The notes beneath the pieces are model-generated. The model had not been told where the DNA came from. It saw nothing but the letters and a program-made list of their open reading frames with translations, and made no database searches. Positions 48,163 to 62,500 of a stretch of DNA of 64,000 bases are shown in pieces; position 1 is the stretch's first letter; the number at the start of each line of letters is the position of its first letter. Source of the stretch: an uncultured delta proteobacterium (GTDB lineage: Bacteria > Myxococcota_A > Polyangia > Polyangiales > Polyangiaceae); the NCBI GenBank assembly GCA_963806225.1, contig CAWDXG010000004.1, positions 4,864,001 through 4,928,000 on the forward strand. Direction: 5' to 3'. Both the position numbers and the translations under genes were made by a program.

Positions 48163-48729
48163 ATGGCCCGTGCCCTGTCCAACGTGGTCGGTTTCGACGA
48201 CGCGCCGTGTCCGCCCGGCCACCGCGGCGACGTGTCGCTGGTCGGCGCGGTGTTCGCGCGCACGCGCCTCGACGGCGTGCTGGTCGGTCGCGTGCGCCAC
48301 GACGGCCGGAACTCCACCGACGCCATCGCGGGCATGCTCCAGGGCTCGCAGTTCGCCCGGCACGTCCAGGCCGTCGTGCTGCAGGGCATCGCCTTTGCCG
48401 GCTTCAACGTGGTGGACGTGCACGCGCTGCACGCCGAGCTCGGACTGCCCGTGCTGGTCGTCGCGCGCCGCGCTCCCGACCTCGGCGCTATGCGAAGGGC
48501 GCTCGTCGGCCGCGTCCGCGGCGGCGCCCGCAAGTGGCGCCTCGTCGAACAGGCCGGCCCGATGGAGAAGCTCGAGCGCGTCTATGTCCAGCGTATCGGC
48601 ATCGACCGCGAGCGTGCCCGCCGATTCCTCGTGGAATCGACCCTCCACGGCGCCCTGCCCGAACCCATCCGCGTCGCGCACCTGATCGCAGGCGCGATCG
48701 CGACTGGGAAGAGCCGGGGCAGGGCGTAG
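48163..48729 (+). CDS. DUF99-family (endonuclease V-like) protein
   Basis: VVGFDDAP, LDGV...DG, GIAFAGFNVVD, PEPIRVAHLIA. Confidence 0.85.
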   Translation: MARALSNVVGFDDAPCPPGHRGDVSLVGAVFARTRLDGVLVGRVRHDGRNSTDAIAGMLQGSQFARHVQAVVLQGIAFAGFNVVDVHALHAELGLPVLVVARRAPDLGAMRRALVGRVRGGARKWRLVEQAGPMEKLERVYVQRIGIDRERARRFLVESTLHGALPEPIRVAHLIAGAIATGKSRGRA

Positions 48730-48760
48730 GCGTCGACAGGGGAGTGTCGCGCCGGCGGCG

Positions 48761-51028
<2,268 letters not shown>

Positions 51029-51127
51029 CAGCCATTTCCGCCACTCCGCGGGGAGCGGCCCGGGCGAAGCCTACACGACGGGGTCGCGACGCGCATGCAG
51101 AGGTCGCGGGGTCGGGACGCGACGCCG

Positions 51128-54037
51128 CTACTGTCCGGACTTCAGCTTGCCGAGCGTCTTCTCGACCGCCTTGATGTGGCGGCCGTAGCCCGCGAAGTCA
51201 CCGGCCTTGAGCGCCTTCTGCGCTGCCTGGAACTCCTTGTCGGCCTGGTCGATGAGCGCCCGGGTCCCGGGCGGCAGCGCGGCCTTCGCCGAAGAGGACG
51301 CGGCCGGAGGCGCACCCGGCGGCGCTGCGCTCGACGAGCCCGCGGGCGGCGCTCCGGAACCCGCCGGCGGCGCGGTGCTCGATGCAGCGGACGCGGCCGC
51401 CGCGCTCGCCGGCGGCTTTGCCGCCGCCTTCTTCGTCGAGCCGAAGATGCGCTCTAGAGCCTTGCCCAGCGAGGGCTCCATCACGACGTTCTGCTGCTGG
51501 CCCGAGGGCGGCGGCTTCTCGCCCGCCGGCGAGCGGTAGAACACGACGACGCGCTTGAACTGCGGGAGCTTGGTCTGCTCCGACTCGATGTACATGGGCT
51601 GCACGTACAAAAGGCTGTCCTCCACCGGCACGACCAGCAGGTTGCCGAAGATCACGTGCGAGCCCTGCTGGCCCCACAGCGTGCGCTGCGAGGAGATCTT
51701 CGGGTCCTGGTTGACGGTGGCTTCGACCTGCGCCGGGCCGTAGACGGTCTGGCTTGGCGGGAAAGCGAAGCTGACGGCCCGGCCGTAGCTCGGTGGGTCG
51801 GATTCGGCACCCAGCCAGCCGATCATGTTGCTGCGTCCGTTCGGGGAGAACGGCAGGATGAGCACGAACTCCTCCCGCTTCTGCCCGGGAAGCCGCATGA
51901 TCACGTAGTATGCCGCCATGCGCCCGGCGCCCGAGATGGAGACGTGGTGCGGGATCTCCCACTGGTCGCCCTTGTTGTAGAAAACGCTCGGGCTCTTGAC
52001 GTGATAGGTGGAAAACACCTCCGCCTGCAGGTTGAAGTAGTCCTCCGGGTAGCGCACGTGCGCCATCAGCGACTTCGGCATGGCGCTCTTGGGCTTGAAC
52101 ATGCCGGGGAAGATCTTCTTGTACGTGTCGAGCAGCGGGTCGTGCGCGTCGAAGTCGTAGAAGGCAAGCGAGCCGTTGTAGGCGTCGATCACGACCTTCA
52201 CCGAGTTGCGCAGGTAGTTGATCTCGCCGGTCGGCTCCGAATACGGATAGCGCCCGGTCGTCGTGTAGGCGTCGACGATCCAGTACAGACGCCCGTCCGC
52301 CACGACCATGTACGGGTCCGAATCGAAGCTCAGGAAGGGCGCCGCCTTGTGCAGACGCTTCTTGATGTTGTTCAGGATGATGACGCGGCTGTCCGCGTTG
52401 ATGGCCGATGACGTGAAGAACTTGATGGTGCCGAACTCGACGGTGAACGCGAGCTTGTTGATGAACGAGCCGACCGGAATGCCGCCTGTTCCGTCGTAGG
52501 AGTGGTACACGTCGCCATCGGGGCCGGGGTAGTCGAACTCCGGCGCCTTGGTCCGGACGAGGCTGTAGTCCGTACCGACTTCCCCGTAGTAGATGCGCGG
52601 CTGCTTGATGGCGAGCGACGGGACCGCCGACGTGACGGGGATGTCCTGGACCAGGAAATCGGGGGAGCCGTCGCTCGTGACCTGGTTCACCGCCGAGATG
52701 GCCACGCCGTAGCCGTGCGTGTAGGTGATGTGCTGGTTCACCCAGGTCTGCGCCCGCTCAGGAAGGCCCGCGATCTTCATCTGCCGGGCGGCGAGCATGG
52801 TCTCGCGATAGACGCCGTCGACCTTGTAGCGGTCGACGTCGACGTCCGTGAACGTGTAGTAGGGGCGGAGCTCCTGCAGCTGCTCGTAGCTGTGCAGCAG
52901 CGTTTTGGGGTCCCAGATGCGGATGTTGCGGATCGTGCCGTCGTTGGCCTGGAGCTTGTCCGCCGTGAGGTCGCCCTTCAGCGAGAGCTTCGTGTTCGTG
53001 ATGCCGTCCAGGTCGTAGGCAGCGCGCGTCGCCTCGATGTTGCGCGCGATGTAGCCGGCCTCCTTGGCTCCCTGGTCCGGGTTCACGACGAGCGACTGCA
53101 CGCCGACGGGGAAGAGGCCGAGCAGCAGGATGACCGCCACGATCCAGCCGCCGATGGCGACCAGTGGCAGCCTCTTCTTCCTGAGCCGCACGTTCGCGAA
53201 CAGCACGGCTGCAATGACCCACGCCGCCACCATGAGCGCGCGCAGGGCCGGCAGACGGGCGTGCACGTCGGTATAGCCGGCGCCGAACACCATGCCGCTG
53301 GATGAAAACAGCAGCCCCCAGGCGTTCAGGATCTCGCCTGCGCCGGTGAGCGCGAAGATCGCGCCGAGCAGCGCGGAGACGTGGGCCACCGCGCGGTCCC
53401 CGACGTGCACCTCCGCCTGCTCGGGGCGGACGCTCACGCTGCCGAGCGCGAAGTGGACCACGATCGCCGCGACCAGCGCCGCCAGCAGCGTCGTGAACAG
53501 GAACGAGTAGGCGTATTCCCAGGCGGGCAGCTGGAAGACGTAGAAGCCGAGGTCGCGGTGGAACACCGGGTCCTGCGTGCCAAACGCCGTCCCGTAGCGG
53601 GCGCCGAGAAAGGTCATCCAGCTCTGCGCGGTCGAGAAGGCGACGATCACCGCGACGAGGAGCGACAGGGGAAGCCCCACCAGGCGCACCAGGCGCCGTG
53701 CGGTGTCGTCCAGCGGTTCGACGAGGCGGATGCCCGCCAGCGCGCGGTAGCTTGGCGCCAGCCGGCGCGCCGTCTCGATCGTTCCGTAGAAGATCGCGAA
53801 GAAGACGGCGCCGAAGATGGGGCCGATGACGAATTCGGCCCGGATCGAGCGCCAGAACACCTGCCTGAGATGCACCTCGCCGAACCAGAGCCAATCGACG
53901 TAGTAGCTCGCGAACAGCGTGGCGACCACGACGAGCGCGACCACGACGATGCTGGCGGCGATCAGGGTGCTCCGGGTCCGCGCGCCCGGGTTGGAGCCCG
54001 GCACGAGGCGCGGGCGCGGTGGCGTGGAGTTGCTCAT
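51128..54037 (-). CDS. UPF0182-family membrane protein
   Basis: DWLWF, DPVFHRDLGFYVF, GAGYTD, VDVDRY, WVNQHITYTHGYG, PRIYYGE, NYLRNSVK. Confidence 0.9.
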   Translation of the reverse strand: MSNSTPPRPRLVPGSNPGARTRSTLIAASIVVVALVVVATLFASYYVDWLWFGEVHLRQVFWRSIRAEFVIGPIFGAVFFAIFYGTIETARRLAPSYRALAGIRLVEPLDDTARRLVRLVGLPLSLLVAVIVAFSTAQSWMTFLGARYGTAFGTQDPVFHRDLGFYVFQLPAWEYAYSFLFTTLLAALVAAIVVHFALGSVSVRPEQAEVHVGDRAVAHVSALLGAIFALTGAGEILNAWGLLFSSSGMVFGAGYTDVHARLPALRALMVAAWVIAAVLFANVRLRKKRLPLVAIGGWIVAVILLLGLFPVGVQSLVVNPDQGAKEAGYIARNIEATRAAYDLDGITNTKLSLKGDLTADKLQANDGTIRNIRIWDPKTLLHSYEQLQELRPYYTFTDVDVDRYKVDGVYRETMLAARQMKIAGLPERAQTWVNQHITYTHGYGVAISAVNQVTSDGSPDFLVQDIPVTSAVPSLAIKQPRIYYGEVGTDYSLVRTKAPEFDYPGPDGDVYHSYDGTGGIPVGSFINKLAFTVEFGTIKFFTSSAINADSRVIILNNIKKRLHKAAPFLSFDSDPYMVVADGRLYWIVDAYTTTGRYPYSEPTGEINYLRNSVKVVIDAYNGSLAFYDFDAHDPLLDTYKKIFPGMFKPKSAMPKSLMAHVRYPEDYFNLQAEVFSTYHVKSPSVFYNKGDQWEIPHHVSISGAGRMAAYYVIMRLPGQKREEFVLILPFSPNGRSNMIGWLGAESDPPSYGRAVSFAFPPSQTVYGPAQVEATVNQDPKISSQRTLWGQQGSHVIFGNLLVVPVEDSLLYVQPMYIESEQTKLPQFKRVVVFYRSPAGEKPPPSGQQQNVVMEPSLGKALERIFGSTKKAAAKPPASAAAASAASSTAPPAGSGAPPAGSSSAAPPGAPPAASSSAKAALPPGTRALIDQADKEFQAAQKALKAGDFAGYGRHIKAVEKTLGKLKSGQ

Positions 54038-54050
54038 GCGCGCTCGACTG

Positions 54051-55682
54051 CTAGCGCGTCGAGATGTCGAGGACCAGTTGCGGAGCGAAAGCCGCTTCGC
54101 CGCGGGCTATTGCCAGCTGGCAGCCCGGTCCGGCGGCGCGCAGCGCGCCCTCGATCACGCCCACCAGCCACAGCCGGAGCTGCAGCGAAGCCGCCTCGAA
54201 ATCCGTGATGCGCAGCGAGACCAGCCGCTCGTTTTCCTGGGACGCGTCCCAGACGCCGAAATCGAACCAGCGGCTGGTGAGCGGAGTGATCCGCTTGAGT
54301 ACCCCGAGTGCGCGATCCGGCCGGAGCGCCGGACGCACGATCGGCGACAGCTCGCCCGACACCGCGGCGTCGCCCGCTGCGCGGCACCAGTTCGGGTTGT
54401 CTCCGAAGATAGTCCTGGTGGAAAGCTCGAGATAGCGCGTGATGCACTCGAGGTCGTAGTAGACGATGGCCTGGAGCGTGCCGTAGGTGAAATCCCGTGC
54501 GTGCTCCGGACCCAGCTCGTCGAGCACCCGCTGCCGCTGCTCCGCTGTTGCCGTTCCCGCGACGTACTCGTCGACTGCACGCAGCACCAGGCCGCGGGCG
54601 TGGCATTGACCCACGAAGCGGGGCGGCAGCGAGCGCAGCCCGCTCGACGGACGCGGCGCGCTGGACGGTTGCCACGGTTCGACTTCGTCTCGCGACGGCG
54701 TGGACCGCACGAGCGCGCGTCCGGAGGAAGGGCGCCGCGGGGTCGGCGTGTGCTCCTCGACGCGGCGGTAGCCGCTCTGCCGGACCTGCACCAGCTCCCG
54801 CAGCGAGCCGCGCGAGTGCGAGGGCGTCAGCGGGGAAAGCTCGTGCGCGAGCTCGGCCGCGCTCGCGTAGCGCTCCTCGCGGCGCTTCTTCATCGCGCGC
54901 TGGAGTATGGCGTCGATCGTTGGATCGCCGGGTCCACCGTGCTCGGCGACGCGCGGCGTGCGCGCGTGAGCCACCTTGTACGCCGTGGCCACAGCAGTGG
55001 GCGCGTGGAAGGGACGGCGATTCGTGAGCAGCTCGAACAGCAGCACGCCGACGCTGAACAGATCGCTTCGCCCGTCGACGTCGTGATCGCCGTTGGCCTG
55101 CTCGGGCGACAGGTAGTCCGGCGTGCCCATCACGACGCCCGTGCTGGTCCGCGGAGACGGTCCCGACGGCCACAGCATCTTCGCGACGCCGAAATCGAGC
55201 AGCTTGACCGCGACCTGTCCCTCGTCGTCGACGGCGTAGAATACGTTTTCGGGTTTGAGGTCGCGGTGCACCACGCCGGCGGCGTGCGCGGCCGCGAGCG
55301 CGTCCAGCACCGGCAGCACCGTCTCCAGCGCCGCGCCCAGCGTCAGCTTCCCCTGGCGGGCGAGCACCTGTGCGGCGCTCTCGCCCTCCAGGTACTCCAT
55401 GACCATGTACGGACCCGTTTCGCCCTGCCCGGCGTCGAGCACATCGACAATGCCCGGATGGCGGATCCGACTCACCGACTGGGCTTCCTGGAAGAAGCGC
55501 GCGGACAGGTCCAGGTCGTCCGCCCGGGCCGACGTGAGCAGCTTCAGTGCCACGATGCGTCCGATGAGCGTGTTTTCCGCGCGGTACACCTCGCTCATGC
55601 CGCCCACGCCGATGCGTTCCAGCAGCCGGTACTTGCCGCCGATCACCAGGCCGGCGGCAGGTTCGAGCAGGCGCGCGGGCAC
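54051..55682 (-). CDS. Ser/Thr kinase with a C-terminal DUF2378/V4R-like domain
   Basis: [25 protein letters not shown]-terminal ARG...YY...RAAG...[11 protein letters not shown]; start taken as GTG 55682. Confidence 0.85.
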   Translation of the reverse strand: MPARLLEPAAGLVIGGKYRLLERIGVGGMSEVYRAENTLIGRIVALKLLTSARADDLDLSARFFQEAQSVSRIRHPGIVDVLDAGQGETGPYMVMEYLEGESAAQVLARQGKLTLGAALETVLPVLDALAAAHAAGVVHRDLKPENVFYAVDDEGQVAVKLLDFGVAKMLWPSGPSPRTSTGVVMGTPDYLSPEQANGDHDVDGRSDLFSVGVLLFELLTNRRPFHAPTAVATAYKVAHARTPRVAEHGGPGDPTIDAILQRAMKKRREERYASAAELAHELSPLTPSHSRGSLRELVQVRQSGYRRVEEHTPTPRRPSSGRALVRSTPSRDEVEPWQPSSAPRPSSGLRSLPPRFVGQCHARGLVLRAVDEYVAGTATAEQRQRVLDELGPEHARDFTYGTLQAIVYYDLECITRYLELSTRTIFGDNPNWCRAAGDAAVSGELSPIVRPALRPDRALGVLKRITPLTSRWFDFGVWDASQENERLVSLRITDFEAASLQLRLWLVGVIEGALRAAGPGCQLAIARGEAAFAPQLVLDISTR

Positions 55683-55832
55683 TTTCGACCTATGCCCCCC
55701 GCCACGAACCGGATCGCGGTTCAAGGTGGTGGTTTTCGCGTGCGGGCACCGGTCGGCACAGCACTGATCTACGCTCCGGGTGAACCAAGGGAATCCGGAT
55801 TGTATCCTATCGTCAGATTCGCCGCGCGCTCT

Positions 55833-56867
55833 GTGCGCGCCCGGGCGCCACGGATCGAGGCCAGAATCCTTGCCCTTTCGCCCGAGGGGCTGATCCTGCC
55901 AGGCAGCTGCGCCTGCTGTGGCGGCATCGCGGCCAGCTCGCGCGTGGAGATCCGCAGCAGCGATGGGGCCAGTCTCATCGTGCCCTACTGCACCGATTGC
56001 CAGCGTCACGCTTCCGCCGCCGTCACGCGGACCCTGGCGGTGACGGTCGCGTCCTGTCTGCTCGCGGCGACGCTGGCCGCGACGCTGCCGCTGATCGACG
56101 AGACCCAGGGGCTCCTTGCCTACGGCACTATCGTGTTGGTCGGCGCGCTCGTGCCGATCCTGGCGGCGGCCTTCTGGCCGCGGCGCATTGCGCCCGGGCA
56201 CACCACGACCGGGCGCGCGGTCTGGTGGCTGTCCGGCGGAGCGCTGTGCTGCACCAATCCGCGCTGGGCAGCCGAGCTTGCGGTGGAGGCCGGCGTCGAG
56301 CCGCGTCGGCAGCTGCTCGGTGAGCGCGTGCTCTCGCCGTGGATGCTGGCCGGGCCACTGCTGGCGCTGGGCGCCGCGCCGTTCCTGTACTGGCTGTACC
56401 ATCCGGGAGTGCGGGTGGTGGACCTCACCGGCACGCGTATCGAGGTGCGCGTCGATGGCCGCACGGTTGCCAGCGTGCAGCCGACAAGTGCGGAGAGTCC
56501 CGCTGCCGGGGTCGAGCTGAGGCTGCCCGCCGGACAGCACGTGCTCGAGAGCCGCGACTCGCAGGGCCGTGTGGTGGCTCGAGCCAACGTGTTCATCCAT
56601 AGCGGCGCCGAGCACCTGTACGCTCCTGGCGCGCGCGGCTACTGCTTCTGGCTCGAGACCACCGGCTACGGTCGTGCGGGCGCCGTGGGTCCCGTCATCC
56701 GCCCGCTCGCCGGCGCCGCGCGTTTCTGGGCGCTGCCGCTGGACGTGGACACGTGGTTCGCACCGAATCCCCCGCCGTCCCATGACGATGTGCGCTCCAG
56801 CGGCGGCGAGCTGACCGCGCTCAGGCAGGCCCGCTGCAGCGAAGCGCCGGCCGCCGCGCGACCTTGA
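55833..56867 (+). CDS. Hypothetical membrane protein with an N-terminal Zn-ribbon-like motif
   Basis: CACCG...VPYCTDCQRH, three TM segments, PEGA-like C-terminal part; start uncertain. Confidence 0.65.
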   Translation: MRARAPRIEARILALSPEGLILPGSCACCGGIAASSRVEIRSSDGASLIVPYCTDCQRHASAAVTRTLAVTVASCLLAATLAATLPLIDETQGLLAYGTIVLVGALVPILAAAFWPRRIAPGHTTTGRAVWWLSGGALCCTNPRWAAELAVEAGVEPRRQLLGERVLSPWMLAGPLLALGAAPFLYWLYHPGVRVVDLTGTRIEVRVDGRTVASVQPTSAESPAAGVELRLPAGQHVLESRDSQGRVVARANVFIHSGAEHLYAPGARGYCFWLETTGYGRAGAVGPVIRPLAGAARFWALPLDVDTWFAPNPPPSHDDVRSSGGELTALRQARCSEAPAAARP

Positions 56868-57014
56868 CCCAAGTGAAAGGCGGTGCCGACTGGATGCTCC
56901 GCCGGACTACGTCCGGCCAGTGGTCCGGTGGGCCGGCGCGCGGCCGATGCGGTCCGGTTGCTTCCCGCCGCCGTATTGGCAAGTCAAGACAACTGGTTAT
57001 AGTAGCGAGCCGCT

Positions 57015-57605
57015 GTGGTTGAAGAAGAGCAGGGAACCGGGGACGACCTCCCGGAGGCTGGAGAACCCGTGCCCGAGCTGTCCCCCGAGCCGGCAGGTGC
57101 GGAGCAGACGGAAGCCGCCACGGAACCGGCCGGCGCCGCGGCTGCTGCCGCCGACGGACCGGAAGCGGAGATCGCCCGCGTGCGCGATCAGTTGCTGCGT
57201 ACCGCGGCCGATTTCGACAACTTCCGCAAGCGCTCACGGCGCGAGATTATCGATGCCGACCGTCGCGGCCGGGAGGAGCTCCTGCGCGATCTCCTGCCCA
57301 TCTTCGACAACCTCGAACGGGCCGCTGCGCACACCGGCAGCGCGACCGATGTTCAGTCTCTGGCCGACGGCATCGAGATGGTGATGCGACAGTTCTCCGA
57401 CACGCTGGGCAAGCTCGGCATCGAGCGCATCGAATCGGTCGGAAAACCCTTCGATCCGGCGCTTCACGAGGCCATCCAACACATGGAGACGGTCGAGCAT
57501 CCGCCCGGTAGCGTCGCTGCGGAAGTGCAGGCCGGCTACCGCATGGGCGAGCGGCTGGTCCGGCCCGCCATGGTCGTCGTAGCCAAGGCGCCGACGAGCT
57601 CGTAA
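57015..57605 (+). CDS. grpE: Nucleotide exchange factor GrpE
   Basis: [46 protein letters not shown]. Confidence 0.95.
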   Translation: MVEEEQGTGDDLPEAGEPVPELSPEPAGAEQTEAATEPAGAAAAAADGPEAEIARVRDQLLRTAADFDNFRKRSRREIIDADRRGREELLRDLLPIFDNLERAAAHTGSATDVQSLADGIEMVMRQFSDTLGKLGIERIESVGKPFDPALHEAIQHMETVEHPPGSVAAEVQAGYRMGERLVRPAMVVVAKAPTSS

Positions 57606-57675
57606 TTCCCCCATAGTCGAGGTTCGCCTCCCGGGTTCGCGCCTGCACCGGGGCGCGGTATGCTCCAGCCGGCTC

Positions 57676-59517
<1,842 letters not shown>

Positions 59518-59547
59518 CGTGCCGTTGAGCGCGAGGGTCCCGCTTCC

Positions 59548-62500
59548 ATGACCGTCGCTCTCGGGGGCGCCGCCTATGGCCGCTACCAGCTGCTGGAGCC
59601 CATCGGCCGAGGCAGCATCGCCGAGGTCTTCAAGGCCAAGAGCTTCGGCGTCGAGGGCTTCGAGAAGACCCTCGTCGTCAAGCGCATCGTTCCGGAGCTG
59701 GCGAGGGAGCCCTCCTTCGTCGATTCGTTCGTCGGCCAGGCCAAGCTCGCGGTGCGGCTCAGTCACGCAAATGTCGTCCAGGTGTTCGATCTGGGCCGCG
59801 TCGACGAGCCCGGCGGCCCCAGCTACTTCATGGCGATGGAGTATGTGGCGGGGCTGGATCTAGCCACGCTGCTCGAGCGCGTGCGGCAGGCGGAAGGTGC
59901 CGCGTCGGCCGCGCTGTCCGTGTTCGTCGCGTCCGAGATCGCGAAGGCGCTCGACCACGCCCACCGGCGGCGCGACGAGCAGATGCGTCCGCTCGGGGTC
60001 GTGCATGGGGATCTGGGACCGCACAATGTCCTGATCAGCTGGGAGGGCGAGGTCAAGGTCACCGATTTCGGCGTGGCCGCTGCGCTGTACCACGTCGACA
60101 ACAACGGCTCGGGCGACCGGCTCGCGAGCAAGCTGCCCTACGCCAGCCCCGAGATGCTCCGCGGCGAAAAGCTCACGCCCAGGAGCGACCTGTTCTCGTT
60201 CGGAGCGCTTCTGTACGAGGTTCTGGCGGGTCGCAATCCCTTCGAGGCGCCGACGCCGGCCGAGACCCGTCGCTCTGTTCTGGAGGCGCGTTTCAAGCCG
60301 CTCGACCAGGTGCGCGACGATCTGGCGCCCGAGCTGGTGGGCATGGTGCACCGATCGCTGTCGCGGGAGCCCGGGCAGCGCTTCGAGACCGCCGCGAGGC
60401 TGTACGAGGATCTGCTCGCACACCTGTACGCTTCCGGTGCGCGCTTCGGCGCCGACGATCTGGCGGAGCTGGTCGAGCGCTTCCGGGAGCCCGCGGCGCC
60501 GGCTTCGGAGGCGATCGATCAGCTCGTGCGCGGCGAGCTGGATTCGGTGGCCGAGACGCCGCCGCGAGGCACGCCCTCCGCCGTGATCAGCGCGCCGCCT
60601 CCGCCGGTCGAGGCCGAGGCGGTTCCGTCCCTCAGGGGCCTGTCCGATCACAAGGGGCAGCAGGAAGCGTCGGCGCTCGTGGTGCGCTTCCCGGGCAGCG
60701 TGTTCGTGCCGTCGGCCACGCGCGAGCGGGCGCGGAAGATCCTCGAACGCTACGGCGCGCGGGTGCAATCCGATGCGGGGCGCGAGCTGTCGGCGATGTT
60801 CGGGCTGGAGCAGGCCGATGCGCGCGACACGGAGAACGCCGTCCGCTGCGGGTTGGTTCTGGCGCGCGGCCTGGCGGCGGGAGCAGCGCAACCCAGCGTG
60901 GGCGTCGACGCCGGGCGGCTCAGGGTCGGCGCGGACGGCACGCCGGAAGACGACCCACGCATGCGCGAGCTGGTCGGCTCCGCGCGCCGCCTGGCGGAAG
61001 GCCCTGCGGGTCGCGTTGCCATCTCGGAAACCGCTTCGCGCAGCCTGCGCGGGCTGTTCGCGCTCGAGTCGCCGGGCGGCGGGGCGGCAGGCTACCTGGT
61101 CGGCGAGGTGCGTCCCGTGCACGATGCTTTCGGGCGCTTCGTCGGGCGCAAGCAGGAGCTCCGGCAGCTCGGCGAGCTGATCGCGCAGGCGTCGCGCCGG
61201 AACCTGCAGGTGCTCGGGGTCGTCGGCGAGCACGGCGTGGGCAAGACGCGGTTCCTGTACGAGATGGAGCGGCGCATCAGCCGCGGCTCCTTCAACATCG
61301 CCTGCTACATCGCCCCCTGCCCGCCGCGCGGCCACGAGTCACCCGGCAGCGCTACCGTTGCCATGCTGCGCACGCTGTGCGGCGTGCGCGAGGGCGATCC
61401 CCCGGACCGCATCCTGGCCGTCCTTCCCAGGCTCCGGGCGCTGGGTCTGCGCGAGGAAGAGGCGCAGGCCGTCCTTGCGCAGCTCGGCGCGGGGCCGTCG
61501 AATGCGGCCATGGGCGGCGACGCGTCGCTGCGCGCGACCGTGGCGCGCATGTTCGCGAGCCTTGCCGAGGATCGCCTGCACGTTTTTGCCTGGGACAACG
61601 CGCAGGAGATGGACGCGGAAACTGCCGCGCTGCTCGCGTCGATCGCCGAGCGCCTGCCGCTGGCGCGGGCTGCGCTGCTGCTCTCGGCCCGTCCCCAGGC
61701 GGATGCGACCTACCGGGAGATCCCCGGCTACCGCGAGATCGTCCTCCCCGATCTCGAGGACGACGACGTCTTCCGGCTCGTGGCACTCCGGCTCGGCGTG
61801 GAGCAGGTACCCGAGGCGCTGCTCCAGTTCCTCAAGAAGCGCGCCGGGGGCCATCCGATGTTCCTCGAGGAGCTGTTGCACGAGGCCATCGAGTCCGGTG
61901 CGGTCGTTGTGAAGGACGGCAGGGTCGAAGCGCTCAAGCTGGACGGCGCGCTGGCGATCCCGCGACCGCTCAGGACGCTGCTGGGCGACCGCGTGCGGCG
62001 CCTGCCCGAGCCGGAGCGCGATCTGGTCATCGCCGCGTCGGTGGTCGGCGCGCCGGCGGACACGTCCGTGCTCGCCGCCATGCTGGACGCGCCACTCGGA
62101 ACCATCAACGCCCTCGCCGAATCGCTCGAGGCCCGCGAGCTGGTCCGGCGCGAGGGGCCGGTTGCGCTCGACTTTCCGTCGCCTCTGCTGCCCGAGGTGG
62201 TGCTTTCGGGTCTCGAGCCCGACGTGCTGGTCGAGCTGCACCAGGAGGCGGCGAACGCCTACCAGGTCGTGCTGGGCGAGCGCACGGAGGAGGAAGCGGG
62301 GCGTATCGCCCGCCACCTGGCAGAAGCCGGCCAGAATGATCGCGCTGCGAGCTTCTACGCTACCAGCGGTCTGTTTTCGCTCAATGCACGCCGTCTCGAT
62401 CACGCCGTCTCCGATCTGTCGCGGGCGCTCGGCCTGTGCGATCTCGAGGGACGCGACGCCGCCGAGCTGGCCGAGTGGGTTTCAGCGCTCACGCGCGCTG

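Noticed and set aside
53919..56783. Two long overlapping opposite-strand ORFs (982 and 910 aa)
   Set aside because: Each has a real half and a shadow half; they resolve to divergent genes starting near 55682 and 55833.
56868..57675. CIRCE operator near grpE/dnaK
   Set aside because: No TTAGCACTC-N9-GAGTGCTAA match; only a short hairpin (56901-17) and -10-like boxes TATAGT (56998) and TATGCT (57659).
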